DNA from: Priapulus caudatus
Lineage: Eukaryota
Direction of reading: 5' to 3'
Assembly (NCBI RefSeq): GCF_000485595.1
Contig: NW_014577063.1
Span: 1,306,314 to 1,355,608 of the forward strand
Length of the DNA stretch: 49,295 nt
Under the pieces are notes generated by a model. It saw only the letters and a list, made by a program, of their open reading frames with translations. It was not told where the DNA came from and ran no database searches. The translations under genes were made by a program, and so were the position numbers. Positions within the stretch are counted from its first letter, which is position 1. Each line of letters begins with the position of its first letter. Positions 1 through 12,084 of the stretch are shown here, piece after piece.

Positions 1-445
1 ATAGAGGATGAAGAGGTTTAGTAGGAATAAGAGGAAGATGGTAGGGAGTGAGGGAGAAAGAGAGGAAAGGAGAAGGGGGATGGTGAGAGAGTGGGAGAAG
101 GATGAGCGGAAGAAGAAAAGAGGTAGAGAAGGAGGGAAGCAGAGAGAAATAGAGTCGAGGAGGAGGACGTGGTAGAAAGTGGGAATACGGGACATGAGGA
201 GAAGGGAGGAGGGTAGACGGGGACTCCTTCTCCTTACCATTCTCTTCCTCCTCCTCCTCTCCCTCCGCCGTCCCTTCCCTTCTTCCTCCTCTACCGCCGC
301 CTCCTCCTCCCCCTCCGTTCCCTTCCCCTTCCCATCCGCCTCTTCTTCCTCTCCCTCCGCCCCCTTTCCCTTCCCCTCCTCCTCCTCCGCCTCCTCCTCC
401 TCCCCCTCCGCCCCCTTTCCCTTCCCCTCCTCTTCCTCCTCCTCC
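1..445. repeat. GA-rich then CT/CCT-rich low-complexity tract
   Basis: Purine-rich to about 220, then a pyrimidine tract with repeated units such as cccctccgccccctttcccttcccctcc. Confidence 0.85.
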
Positions 446-1413
446 TGTAACACGGGGTTATTCTATCGTGAATCTTAATAGTGGATACGCGTTGGTAAAG
501 TACACCGCTGCTACAACGTCTGTCATGTACAACACATAAACAACAAATGAACTGATATGTACGTATTAAAGCAGAGTAAATATTTAATAACACATATGCT
601 TAACTAATGTATAATCTCACAAAGGGGTAGTGTCGCGTACATATGGTTGCGCGATGCATGACACGTAACTTACGATTATATTCCAAATATACGTGTTATT
701 ATAGGTGATTATGCACGTTTTGTGCTTGTCATTAGGGTGCATAGGAATTTAAAAATAACCGCTTTTTAAATCTAAAGTCGTAAAGTACTGTGAGTTAGCA
801 AGCGCAGCTAGTATGTCATCTATGAGTGGTAAGGGGTATACAATAGTCTCTGTTACTCGGTTAAGCGCACGAAAATCTACAACCATTCTTCCTCCCAACG
901 GATCATTTTTCTTTTTTACTAAGAAAAAAGGCGAGGTCCAATTACTCGTCCCCTTAGATATAATGCCCGCATCTAGTAATGTTTGTATATGAGTTTGCAT
1001 AGCTTGACGGTGTAGAAGTGGAGTGCGGTAGGCCGTCTCTTTCACTGATGTGTAATTTTTCGTATTTATTTTCATTGAAACGAGGTGTGTATGTCCAAGC
1101 ATAAGGTCGGATGTAGCGAATAAGTCGTGATTGTTAGTATCATCGTATATGGCTGTATATTGTTCGCCGTAGAGATGGTGTAACTTCACAGATGATAAAA
1201 TTGCCTTGTGTGCTGCCGAAGTGTTTGTAACAAGGCGTGCGTGCGTGGTATCCGTCAATGCGCTTGATTTGCAGTGTGGCATTGTGCACAGCGGCGCAGC
1301 GCAGTTCATTGTGCAAGTCAATCCCCGTGGTAACAAAGGGTTTAGAAACACTGGTTTTAGCGATAGGCGGTGAAACGTGCATGTAATTACTAGGCGACCT
1401 ACTCTGTATTACA
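446..1413 (-). mobile_element. Internally deleted Ty3/Gypsy LTR-retrotransposon remnant inserted in a (CCT)n tract
   Basis: Termini TGTAACACGGGGT (446) and ACTCTGTATTACA (1413) are TG...CA ends and a 10/13 inverted repeat. (CCT)n flanks both sides. The interior carries an RT fragment. Confidence 0.7.
672..1150 (-). pseudogene. Ty3/Gypsy reverse transcriptase fragment (N-terminal RT motifs) with in-frame stop
   Basis: Translation GIISKGTSNWTSPFFLVKKK..RMVVDFRALN..YPLPLIDDIL..FTTLDLKSGYF*IPMHPNDKHKT matches Gypsy RT motifs. TAA at 749-751 replaces the usual Gln codon. The YxDD motif is not reached. Confidence 0.9.
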
Positions 1414-2444
1414 ATCCTCCTCCTCCTCCCTCTCTTCCTCCTCCTCCTCCCTCCCTCCTNNNNNNNNNNNNNNNNNNNNNNNNNNNNNNNNNNNNNNNNN
1501 NNNNNNNNNNNNNNNNNNNNNNNNNNNNNNNNNNNNNNNNNNNNNNNNNNNNNNNNNNNNNNNNNNNNNNNNNNNNNNNNNNNNNNNNNNNNNNNNNNNN
1601 NNNNNNNNNNNNNNNNNNNNNNNNNNNNNNNNNNNNNNNNNNNNNNNNNNNNNNNNNNNNNNNNNNNNNNNNNNNNNNNNNNNNNNNNNNNNNNNNNNNN
1701 NNNNNNNNNNNNNNNNNNNNNNNNNNNNNNNNNNNNNNNNNNNNNNNNNNNNNNNNNNNNNNNNNNNNNNNNNNNNNNNNNNNNNNNNNNNNNNNNNNNN
1801 NNNNNNNNNNNNNNNNNNNNNNNNNNNNNNNNNNNNNNNNNNNNNNNNNNNNNNNNNNNNNNNNNNNNNNNNNNNNNNNNNNNNNNNNNNNNNNNNNNNN
1901 NNNNNNNNNNNNNNNNNNNNNNNNNNNNNNNNNNNNNNNNNNNNNNNNNNNNNNNNNNNNNNNNNNNNNNNNNNNNNNNNNNNNNNNNNNNNNNNNNNNN
2001 NNNNNNNNNNNNNNNNNNNNNNNNNNNNNNNNNNNNNNNNNNNNNNNNNNNNNNNNNNNNNNNNNNNNNNNNNNNNNNNNNNNNNNNNNNNNNNNNNNNN
2101 NNNNNNNNNNNNNNNNNNNNNNNNNNNNNNNNNNNNNNNNNNNNNNNNNNNNNNNNNNNNNNNNNNNNNNNNNNNNNNNNNNNNNNNNNNNNNNNNNNNN
2201 NNNNNNNNNNNNNNNNNNNNNNNNNNNNNNNNNNNNNNNNNNNNNNNNNNNNNNNNNNNNNNNNNNNNNNNNNNNNNNNNNNNNNNNNNNNNNNNNNNNN
2301 NNNNNNNNNNNNNNNNNNNNNNNNNNNNNNNNNNNNNNNNNNNNNNNNNNNNNNNNNNNNNNNNNNNNNNNNNNNNNNNNNNNNNNNNNNNNNNNNNNNN
2401 NNNNNNNNNNNNNNNNNNNNNNNNNNNNNNNNNNNNNNNNNNNN

Positions 2445-2613
2445 ATGTATGTATGTATGTATGTATGTATGTATGTATGTATGTATGTATGTATGTATGT
2501 ATGTATGTATGTATGTATGTATGTATGTATGTATGTATGTATGTATGTATGTATGTATGTATGTATGTATGTATGTATGTATGTATGTATGTATGTATGT
2601 ATGTGTGTATGTA

Positions 2614-2653
<40 letters not shown>

Positions 2654-2730
2654 TGTGTGTGTATGTGTGCGTGTGTGTGTGCGCGTGCGTGTATGTGCGT
2701 GTGCGTGCGTGTGTACATGCGTGTGTATGC
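2445..2730. repeat. Compound microsatellite (TATG)n-(TGCG)n-(TG)n
   Basis: Directly visible; abuts the 1460-2444 gap. Confidence 0.95.
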
Positions 2731-3634
2731 GTAGTCGATGTACATGAAGACGTTAGCATATATAAAATTATATCAACGTCAATTGAACACGACCAGTGTC
2801 AATAGTCCAGATAATGACTCCCAATGAGAATTCATTGTCTCCCGGTTTCGCTAATTTAAAATCCAATCGTCGAGCTTGCATACAATTTTTCTTCTATTCC
2901 CCGAATGCTTTGCTTCGCTTGTATTTTCTGACGCGTCGGGGATGCGTAGATATAAAGTCGCAGCAGTAGATCAGCTCCTGTTGCTGTAACCATATCGGCT
3001 TTGGCTAATAGCTCATCGGTGTGATTATTGGCCTTCACGCGCACAGTCCTTTTAATTCTCTACTACCACTTTCGACAGTATAGGTATCGACTGTATCTGG
3101 ATGAAGTTCGTTGCTCAAGGGGAAAATTGCAGTGGTCAATGAAGAAATTACCAATTCTTCAGCAAATGATTAGGCGACAACTCTTGTATTCGATTGAAAT
3201 TAAAGGTTCGCATTACCCGCCATCAGTCGTTCCCCATGATCTCAATAATCAAATGTTCTGATTCACTTTCCATGGAATACTTTTTACAAAAAATCTATAC
3301 ATTATTATTCTATTTAATTTATTATGATTAAATCCAAATTTTATATAATTAAATTTATTTTGCATGCAATCCAACGATACTATCCATAGAAATCTGCGCC
3401 GAGTGATTATTTCGCAATGTTATGCAAATTATGCACGCATCGAAATATATCAAAAAAACTCGTCTGACGTGTGTTCCGTGACAATTTCGCAGACATTTTC
3501 CCCTCTTTCATTATAATGCAATGCATATTTTATCGCAATTGTTCCTGGCGGCCTGATCCTTTATAAATTAATCATCGCGTAATGATTATGCAACAACCAA
3601 CGAGGTCTAACCACTATCATGAAAACGCATGAAG

Positions 3635-3792
3635 CACAGGCACTTGGAGCGTTTCAATAAATTATAATGCTAAATAAATACGAAATCTATTTACTACCAA
3701 AGTTTTAATGTTTCTCTACTTTCTTTCACCTACTATTGCCGTCAATTTCTTGTTTATTGCTGTCAAACTCCGCACGCTAGCTGCTGCACACT

Positions 3793-3829
<37 letters not shown>

Positions 3830-3994
3830 CTGGCGGCGGCCAGCGTGTGTTGCAGATGAGCATTTGGACGGCATTTACAGAAAATTGTCGGCAATAATAA
3901 GTGAAAGAGAGTAGAGAAACATTAAGACTTTGTAGTAAATAGATTTCGTATTTATTTAGCATTATATTTTATTGAAACGCTCCAAGTGCCTATG
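3635..3994. mobile_element. MITE/foldback element with ~130-bp inverted arms and central (TA)n
   Basis: aggcacttggagcgtttcaataaa..tgctaaataaatacgaaatctatttactac (from 3638) is the reverse complement of gtagtaaatagatttcgtatttatttagca..tttattgaaacgctccaagtgcct (to 3991). Confidence 0.8.
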
Positions 3995-4284
3995 ACCACA
4001 AGCACATTGTAGTCTCGACAATTTTTCAATATCCATTACCACATGCCGCTTTATTTTACGTGCAATTTAGTACGGCGATGTCCTCCTTTTCATCTGTACG
4101 TTTGTTTCGGCAATTTTTAGCAGGATCCGTATAAATAGCCGAGCTGCCTGCGATTCTCTATTTTGAGGGATTCGTTGTGCGTATCTATTCAACTGGCAAG
4201 AGAGCTGCGGCCAGTGCTTATATGTGCACGCACGCACGCATGCACGCGCACGCACGCACACGCACATGCACACGCATGCGTTGC

Positions 4285-4351
<67 letters not shown>

Positions 4352-4355
<4 letters not shown>

Positions 4356-4806
4356 ATTACCAGTAGTGAATAAAACGGTTTTTGTTTTTATTCGTTTCTG
4401 ATATTACACAATTAACGCTTTGCTGCGGAGAAAAACAGCAAACTTTCTGCGCTGAGAAAGGAGTTAACCGGGAAGGCAGTTTAAGGGTGACATCGATTTT
4501 TGCTAGGTTCATAAAACTTTTATGCTCCCAGAACCTGCCAGTAGGGTTAAGTGTTTTGATATGTGTGAAATCAGGCAGTCCAGTATAATTACCAGTAGTG
4601 AATAAAACGGTTTTTTGTTTTTATTTGTTTCTGATATTACACAATTAACGCTTGGCTGCGCGGAAAAACATCAAACTTTCTGCGCTGAGAAAGAAGTTAA
4701 CCGAGAAGGGAGTTTAAGGGTGACATCGATTTTTTTAGGTTCATAAAACTTTTATGCTCCCAGAACCAGCCAGTAAGTGTTTTGATATGTGTGAAATCAG
4801 GCAGTT
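4352..4806. repeat. Tandem duplication, 2 x ~232 bp
   Basis: tataattaccagtagtgaataaaacggttttt...atgtgtgaaatcaggcagt occurs from about 4352 and again from 4584 with few differences. Confidence 0.95.
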
Positions 4807-6874
4807 CTATGGGAGTCTTTAACATTTTATAGAGAGAGAATTCCACACACGAACCTTTGTCTACCTATGATTAACTTAATGATAAAACTAGATTACTAGA
4901 TTTGACTGTTTTTGATAACTTCACTTGGCATACTCTGTCTTGGTCTACTTTGTCTTGGCATATACTTGGTCGACACTGTCCTAGTTCACTAGTTCATCAC
5001 TTCGTCTGCCGCTAATCGTGGCGGTCATTTCTAGCGATAAAGTTTTATTATAAATAAATAAGAATAAAATAAGATCATTATTGATAGGTGGCAGCACAGC
5101 TCGGCGAGTTATATTGATTGCTTTGTGATTTTTATGAGCAATATTGTTTTGATTTTATGGCACATGACGACATAAAACATTTCAAGCCTATATATAGGCC
5201 CTACACACAAATTTATACATACACACTATATATTGTTATATGGCTGCGAGATATACCGCATTGTAATTGATTCAAAGCGTGTCACGTGTCATGAACTAAA
5301 CACCAATATCGCCCCACCCCCACCGAACTTAAAGTTACATTCCCATGAGTGCTTCTGCGTGCTCTTAATCCAGGCTCGATGCTACGAAGAAAGCACTCTC
5401 TATCCATCAATCATGCATTTACTTCTAGTCATGTTCCCCGTTGTGCGACCACCGGTGTCTAGTTTCTAGCTAGAATAATGTTTAACTTGTTTGAAATCGT
5501 AGAAAAACTTCGTTAAAAATTCGAATTCAAGCCTAAAATCATAGAGAGCTCAAACATAATCAAGATTTCTCATTAATATTATTGTGCCGCAGTGTTTGTT
5601 CATGAAATCTTAACTGTGCGGTGCGTTTCATTGTTTGCCCGTACATTAAACAGTTCTGACATCGTGGAAATTGAATGAAAATTTATTGCTGTACATTAAT
5701 AGAATGTCGCGCACGCAAACGCTGAAATTCGTTCACGCGCATAACGGACGTTGTTGACCATAACTACGTCGAACGTCCAGCGACAGAACTCCTGGTAAAC
5801 AACTGCCTGCAATTAAAGACGGAACTTTCAACGTTTGAATGGCGGCACCACTATCTCAGTTAAGAATGGACACACAAGCATAGAGGCAGGATCTGGTTAC
5901 TATAGCCCATGTTTAGGTAACATCTCCGCGTAAGCGAGTTAGCGAAACCTCGAGACTACGATGCAACGAAGCCACGGAGAACGCACTCTATTCAATAAAC
6001 TGCGAGAAATGTCAACCTAATCTGGAGAAGGCAAGATATTGCAATCTAACCGCTTTCGTTGAGAATCAGTGATTATGCCCTGGAGAAAGCAGCGCTGGCT
6101 TTATCTTCTTGCTTAAACCACAGTTCGCATCATGCTTCGAAGCTCAATGATCCCTAATTGGATTTCGCGCGTGATCTTGAAATGGCGTCAATGAATGCTA
6201 TGACGGGCTGTAGAGATTCCTATTGTGATTGTATATGAAATTGCATTTCATACTCTAAAAGGCACATCGGCCTTGGATATTTGCGCTGTTCACTATAACG
6301 GCCGTGAATACAACAGTTAGCGACAGAAAACTCCCAAGTTTGCTGTCTTTAACCGCCTCGCTGTAGTCATAGTTGTATTTATGTTTTGCATTTGATTTTT
6401 CGTTATGATGGCTATTCGACCGTCTCTAACCCACACATCGACTATTCACTGTGTGTAGTTCATTCCAATAGTTCAGTGACCTTCAGTAAGTCGTTCGAAC
6501 GACTTTAAATCCCGCCACAGCAAACTTCCCGGCTCCCGTCCGTGGCACTCTAATTGTAAATCTTATCTCGGGTGCTTAGCCTAGATCCGTATCCCAAGCA
6601 AGTCGCGTGAGTGTAACGCCGTCTGGCGGCGTGTGAGGGTTGTGATGGATAGGTCAGGTCACGATCGCACTCGTCGTAATAAGAATGTTTTCAATCATTC
6701 GTCCAATAAGAATTGTTTTATTCGTTCATCCTATAAGCTTGCTTTAACCGTAACCGTCGTGTCCGTTTCGCATTTAGGCTGTTATGATCAGGAGATATAA
6801 CACCGAGATCAGGATCGAGGGTCCTTAATGCGCCGTGTCTATTAGGTCGAGGCTGTGTCTATATTTGGCGAGTA

Positions 6875-7245
6875 ATTACTGGGAAAGATCACTGAGAAAG
6901 ATTACTGGGAACGACGCGGGTAGAGGCGGGTAGGCGCGCCCAGACGGCTGTAAAATGGACAAGTCGGAATGCTCCCGCACGTAGGTAGGCGAGTAGGCGG
7001 GTAGTGGGTAGGCGGGTATGCGAGTAGGCGGGTAAGCGGGTAGGCGGGTAGGCGGGTAGGTGGGTCGGCGGTTAGGCGGTTAGGCGGTTAGGCAGTTAGG
7101 TGATTCATTACTGGAATGCTCCCGCGCGTAGGTATGCGGCTAGGCGGGTAGGCGCGGGTAGGCGGGTAGGCGGGTAGGCGGGTAGGCGGGTAGGCGGGTA
7201 GGCGGGTAGGCGGGTAGGTGATTCATTACTGGAATGCTCACGCGC
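6875..7245. repeat. G-rich (GGGTAGGC)n minisatellite punctuated by ggaatgctc(c/a)cgc
   Basis: 8-bp unit taggcggg repeated more than 20 times; ggaatgctc(c/a)cgc recurs at about 6966, 7113 and 7231. Confidence 0.9.
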
Positions 7246-7274
7246 TCACCAAATGCACACGAAACATAAATTGA

Positions 7275-7312
<38 letters not shown>

Positions 7313-8587
7313 GATTTATACGACGGCTGCAGCGGTGACTTACTAGAACGCAGAGGAAGCGTCAAATGAGTATAACTATAACCATACGAGGCGTAGCTCC
7401 CTCTTAACCCTTAATCCCTTAATGAACCATGGCAAATTAAGTTGATACGTGTTAATAACACGGACACGACAGGCTGCAGTGACCTGTCTGGCGGTGCGTT
7501 GCCGATCGCTGATCAGGGAAGCAGGAGCCGCATGTATGTACGGATTAGCAAGATGTCACCGCCTATATAGTCTCATCATCGCTGTGAGGATGGACTGATC
7601 ACAGCGGTGCGTGATATTGCTGTTATAGTGACGCAGCACACACTCTGTGGTTTCACTGACTGGCTTATATATATTTATATATATATATATATTCTATTTT
7701 ATATCTGAATGAGAGACTGATCACCGCGGTGCGGGATATTGCTGTTTCCTAATAACATCAGGAGTATCTATAGATCGATATTATACACTCCTGATATCAT
7801 TAGTAGCAAACAGAACTGTTGTAAATATATGCAGCGGAAACATTTCATGCGCTGGGTGTATGTCGAAATAAAAATTGTGCCGAGGAGAATTTTTCTAATA
7901 TGTCGTGTTTGGCACAGCCGCTGACTGTGGCAACATTTTACCAAGTAGTGGTCTAGCTGGCCTGACGAGTTGCGTATCACCTAGATACGACATTCTACGC
8001 AGCATGTTAGCACTTTCTCTCTATGATGTGATGTCCTTTCCGGCTCGCACAAATTCGCACACTACACTTGCGGTTTAAATAGGTTCCTTGCCGTTTTACA
8101 CGCGGTTAAAACGATAAGGAAATGTCTAGGAACGCAGGCTGCATGCTGTAACGTGGTATGTGCTGATCGATGGAAATTAGATCGAAGTAGAGTTCAACAG
8201 GCGTCAAGTGGATTTCGCTGGGATACGATAAATAACGCTTATTTTTTCCCCTTATTAGTAGTATCATGGAGGTGGGTTTGGGTCTTCTGGATGGGAATTA
8301 TTTCTTTATTGAAAACGTTAGTGCATGCTACAAAAGCGTAGCTTCTAATAACTAGTTTATAGAGCTCCCTACAGAGCGTACGTGAACGCTGTACCCGCTC
8401 CAATAAATTCGTTGAATTTGTGGGAACTGCCGAGGGAGACGGGATCGCGTATACATGCGATATATTTGCTCTCCTGATGGGACTCTCTCGCGCTCTCCCC
8501 CCTCCTCTCTCTCTCTCTCTCTCTCTTTCCTCTCTCTTTCCCGCTCCCTTCTTTCTCGTATCTTTTTCTCCTCTTTCTCGGGAAGGG

Positions 8588-8624
<37 letters not shown>

Positions 8625-9299
8625 TCTCTTTCTCTCTTTCTCCCTCTTTCTTTCTCTCTTTCTCTCTCTCTCTGCTGCTTCTCATTACTTCTAAATACGT
8701 TTGGCTATTGACATATACTGGCTTGGCCTCGAACGAGACATTTAAAAACTTACAATGCTGCTCGTAACGATTTTTTGGTATTCAGTACATATCTAGTCGC
8801 ACTGGCACTGGCATTGTGATGTGTTTGCTCACAGGGAGTTTTTGCGAGTGTCTCCCGCGAACCGCCTCTGGTAATACATTTCCAATCGAACGTCCCACTG
8901 CGTCGTAATAAAATATCGTTGTGCGTTAGAGCCCGCGCGCGCGTTTTTTGCATCGAATCATAAGTTCATCTCTTGTTTTCGAATTTCCTCTCGTAATTCG
9001 CCATGCGATTACTATAGCTCGTCTCCACACCCTAACTGCTATATGAATTGCACTGGCCGTCACATGATAGAGTAGATAGCAGGAAAGATTCCCTCTAGAC
9101 TATTACGGAAGGCGCAAAACAAGTGTTCCCTCGTGTGTCCCCGAGAAAGAACGAACGCCCGCTCTGCAAATCGTAATCGTAGTGTCCTTCTAGGTCCTAA
9201 ACATGTTCGCGTTGTATGCAACCTAGCGTCGGTGCGAGTGGCGTCATCTAGAAAACGATAACTGCATCAAAATCAAGCGGCGTCGTTCGATCGCCAGCT

Positions 9300-9374
9300 T
9301 CGGTCGACACTTCTGGTCGGTCGACACTTCCGGTCGGCCGACACTTCCAGTCAGCCGTCACTTCCGGTCGGTCG
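9300..9374. repeat. 17-bp tandem repeat x~4 (GGTCGGTCGACACTTCC)
   Basis: cggtcgacacttctggt/cggtcgacacttccggt/cggccgacacttccagt/cagccgtcacttccggt. Confidence 0.85.
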
Positions 9375-9859
9375 TTTCCCGCGTTTTCATCGATATATAA
9401 TTTACTGCCGGAAAGCAGCGCTATGTCAGGCGCGTGTAGAAGCGTGGCAATACGATACCGCAGGCACGGCTGTAGCCCGACCAGGCTGTGTGACTAACGT
9501 CAATATACGGTCTTCTAACCCTAGCAAAGACCGTTTCTTGGAGCTAGCACGGCTGTAGGTACGTCGTGACTGATATGCTAGTGTTGACTACTAGACTATA
9601 CACCGCGAGCAAGCGTTGCATTGCAATGGCTTGTTGCTACGCATCGGTAGCGGGATCTGTGCGCGAATGGTTGTTTCAAAAAACATGATCGATGGATGAA
9701 CGTCTGGCGATGAAAACCACCGTGCGTTTTTTATGCTAGTCATTATGCAAATTAAGACCGCAAAGGAGATTAACTTCTAGCTAATGATTATTATCCCACA
9801 CTAATACGATAATTTTTTCGTGTCTATAATCATTGTGTATTTATCTTGTTTCAAATTTG

Positions 9860-10045
9860 CGCGATAGGCTAAAATTAAGTGTTTAAAGCAATGTTAAACC
9901 GTTATAGTTGATTTTAATTGTTATGTTCGTTGTTAGAATAGAGCGTAGAATCTGTTACGCGATAGGACAAAATAAAGTGTCTAAAGCAATGTTAAACCGT
10001 TAGTTGCTTGGATCGTTGTTAGAATAGAGCGTGGAATGTGTTTCG
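9860..10045. repeat. Tandem duplication, 2 x ~85-98 bp
   Basis: gcgatagg..aagtgt(t/c)taaagcaatgttaaaccgtta..cgttgttagaatagagcgt occurs at 9861 and 9959. Confidence 0.85.
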
Positions 10046-10654
10046 TTTCATGTCATTTCATGTGTGTGAATGTCACCGAGTAAGAGCGTTAGTCTATTAA
10101 CTCCCCAAATCCTCTGGGAGTCTTGTAATGCAGGTCTCATCTCCGGAAGCAAATGTAAAACAGCCGATGTCTGGCGAGTAATCTAGTAGAAATTACTATT
10201 TACTATTAGAGTTCGGTCCGACTCTTGCACACGATCCGGGGACATCACGCGGAAGCAAGACTGACAGCTATATGTGGGCATCGCACGATCATGACATTGC
10301 GATGTGACGCCGCGCATGACCTAAGCACGCTCGGCTGCTATTTTAGTCACTACTTACTGTCGAGGGGATTCTCTCGGATTATTGCACTACGGCAAAGAAA
10401 GACTCGCGTGGGTTCATCTCTGATGAGAAAAGGAAGGGTCGATTCTTACCATCTGTCTTCGCGTCTGTGTCGCAAACGCGGTTAGCGGTTGGTTCCTCGG
10501 TGGGTAACAAAAAAAGAAAAAAAAATCGTGTAATGAATTGATAATTCGCTGGAAATCCTTTCGCTCCCTAAAAGCTGCAGCTGTGTGGATGGTTGCCGTC
10601 GTGATCATGTTACGACATTGCATGGGGTTTCTTGGTTTCCTAGAGGTATGGTTC

Positions 10655-10720
10655 TCGTTCTCTCCCTCCTGCTCTCTCTCTCTCTCTTTTTTCTCTTTTT
10701 CTCTTTTTCTCTTTCTCTTT

Positions 10721-10802
<82 letters not shown>

Positions 10803-10901
10803 ATCTCTCTTTCTCTTTCTCTCTCTTCCTCTCCGCTTTATTCTCTCCTATTTTCTCGTTTTCTTCTCTGGCACTATGTCTGTCTGTTTGTCCGTCCGTC
10901 C

Positions 10902-10934
<33 letters not shown>

Positions 10935-10935
10935 C
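10655..10935. repeat. (CT)n-(TCTG)n compound microsatellite with a conserved junction shared with ~45810-46040
   Basis: Junction ctccgctttattctctcctattttctcgttttcttctctggcactatgtctgtctg is near-identical to the sequence at about 45944-46003. Confidence 0.75.
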
Positions 10936-12032
10936 GCAAGCGAGTGAGTGCGAACGGGGAGAAAGCCAGAGAAGCAAAACTTGGCGCTGTTTACTTATCG
11001 CAGATTTACGGTTGGGTGTCAGGAATGCCTCCGTAACACGCACTTCCCGTCTGCTAGATTAATTGACATTTGGACACGTGGCAACGTGGCGCGATGTTCC
11101 GAGAGCTGTGGTAAAATGAAGAAATGTATAGCGGATAGATAAGGAGAGAAAGCTACAACAAGACAGGAAGTCGGAAGAGGAAGAGAATGAGAGGAGAGGA
11201 GATGGAGGAAGAAGATGAAGAACAAGAGAGAATGTGGAAGGGAAAAGAAAAGGAAGAAAATGAGAGGAGGTGGAAGAGGAATGAAGAGGAAGAAAATAAG
11301 AGAAAGGGAGAAGGAGAAAAACGATTAAGATGATGAGGAGAAGAAGTAGTAGAATAAGGAAGCGGCGGCGGCGGAGGAGGGGAAGGAAGAGGAAGAGGAG
11401 GAAGAAAAGGGTTAACGGAAAGTAGCGGTGCCAGTGCATGACAGATAAAGATAGTGTGGTGACTAAACAGGAACCAATCCGCCGAGCCGTTTATTTTGAA
11501 GATGGACACGATGCTGCCACTAGAATCGAACTGCTAACAGTCTCAGACGCATTTGTGTGGCCGTAGGGTGGATGATGGATAGACACATGTCGTCATAGCA
11601 CGACTTCGTTTTCTGCAACTATGCACGCAATTCGCGTGCCGCTCGCGAAAAGGCTTTTTTGTAGGGCACGTAGTTGATATCCTTCTTCCGCACAAACCAG
11701 GAAATGTGCGAGAACCTATGAGACGAACAGGATTAGGAGATTTACATAAGGCTTCGAGTTGCCCCTAGTTATTGTGATAGTCGACTTCGAACTGGCAGCC
11801 ATATGGAAGCGTCTTTCGCGCTATGTTTGGTGGGTATGTAGCATATAGCTCAGTGATGTTTTCTGCCATCACGTGCACTCGGCCCACTTGTGAAATACAA
11901 GTCTTCCGCTGAGTATAAACAGAGTCTTCGCATCAAACAGTCCTAGATCTGGGCTTGATCAAGGCAGAAGAAATTTGTCTCTCGCCTACAGAAAACTAAC
12001 TATGACAAACTAACTAATGAGCGGGTCGCGTC

Positions 12033-12084
<52 letters not shown>

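Noticed and set aside
1377..2805. ORFs MYVC.../HTYI..., and similar CV, HT, SL, RE ORFs throughout the window
   Set aside because: Microsatellite and gap translations.
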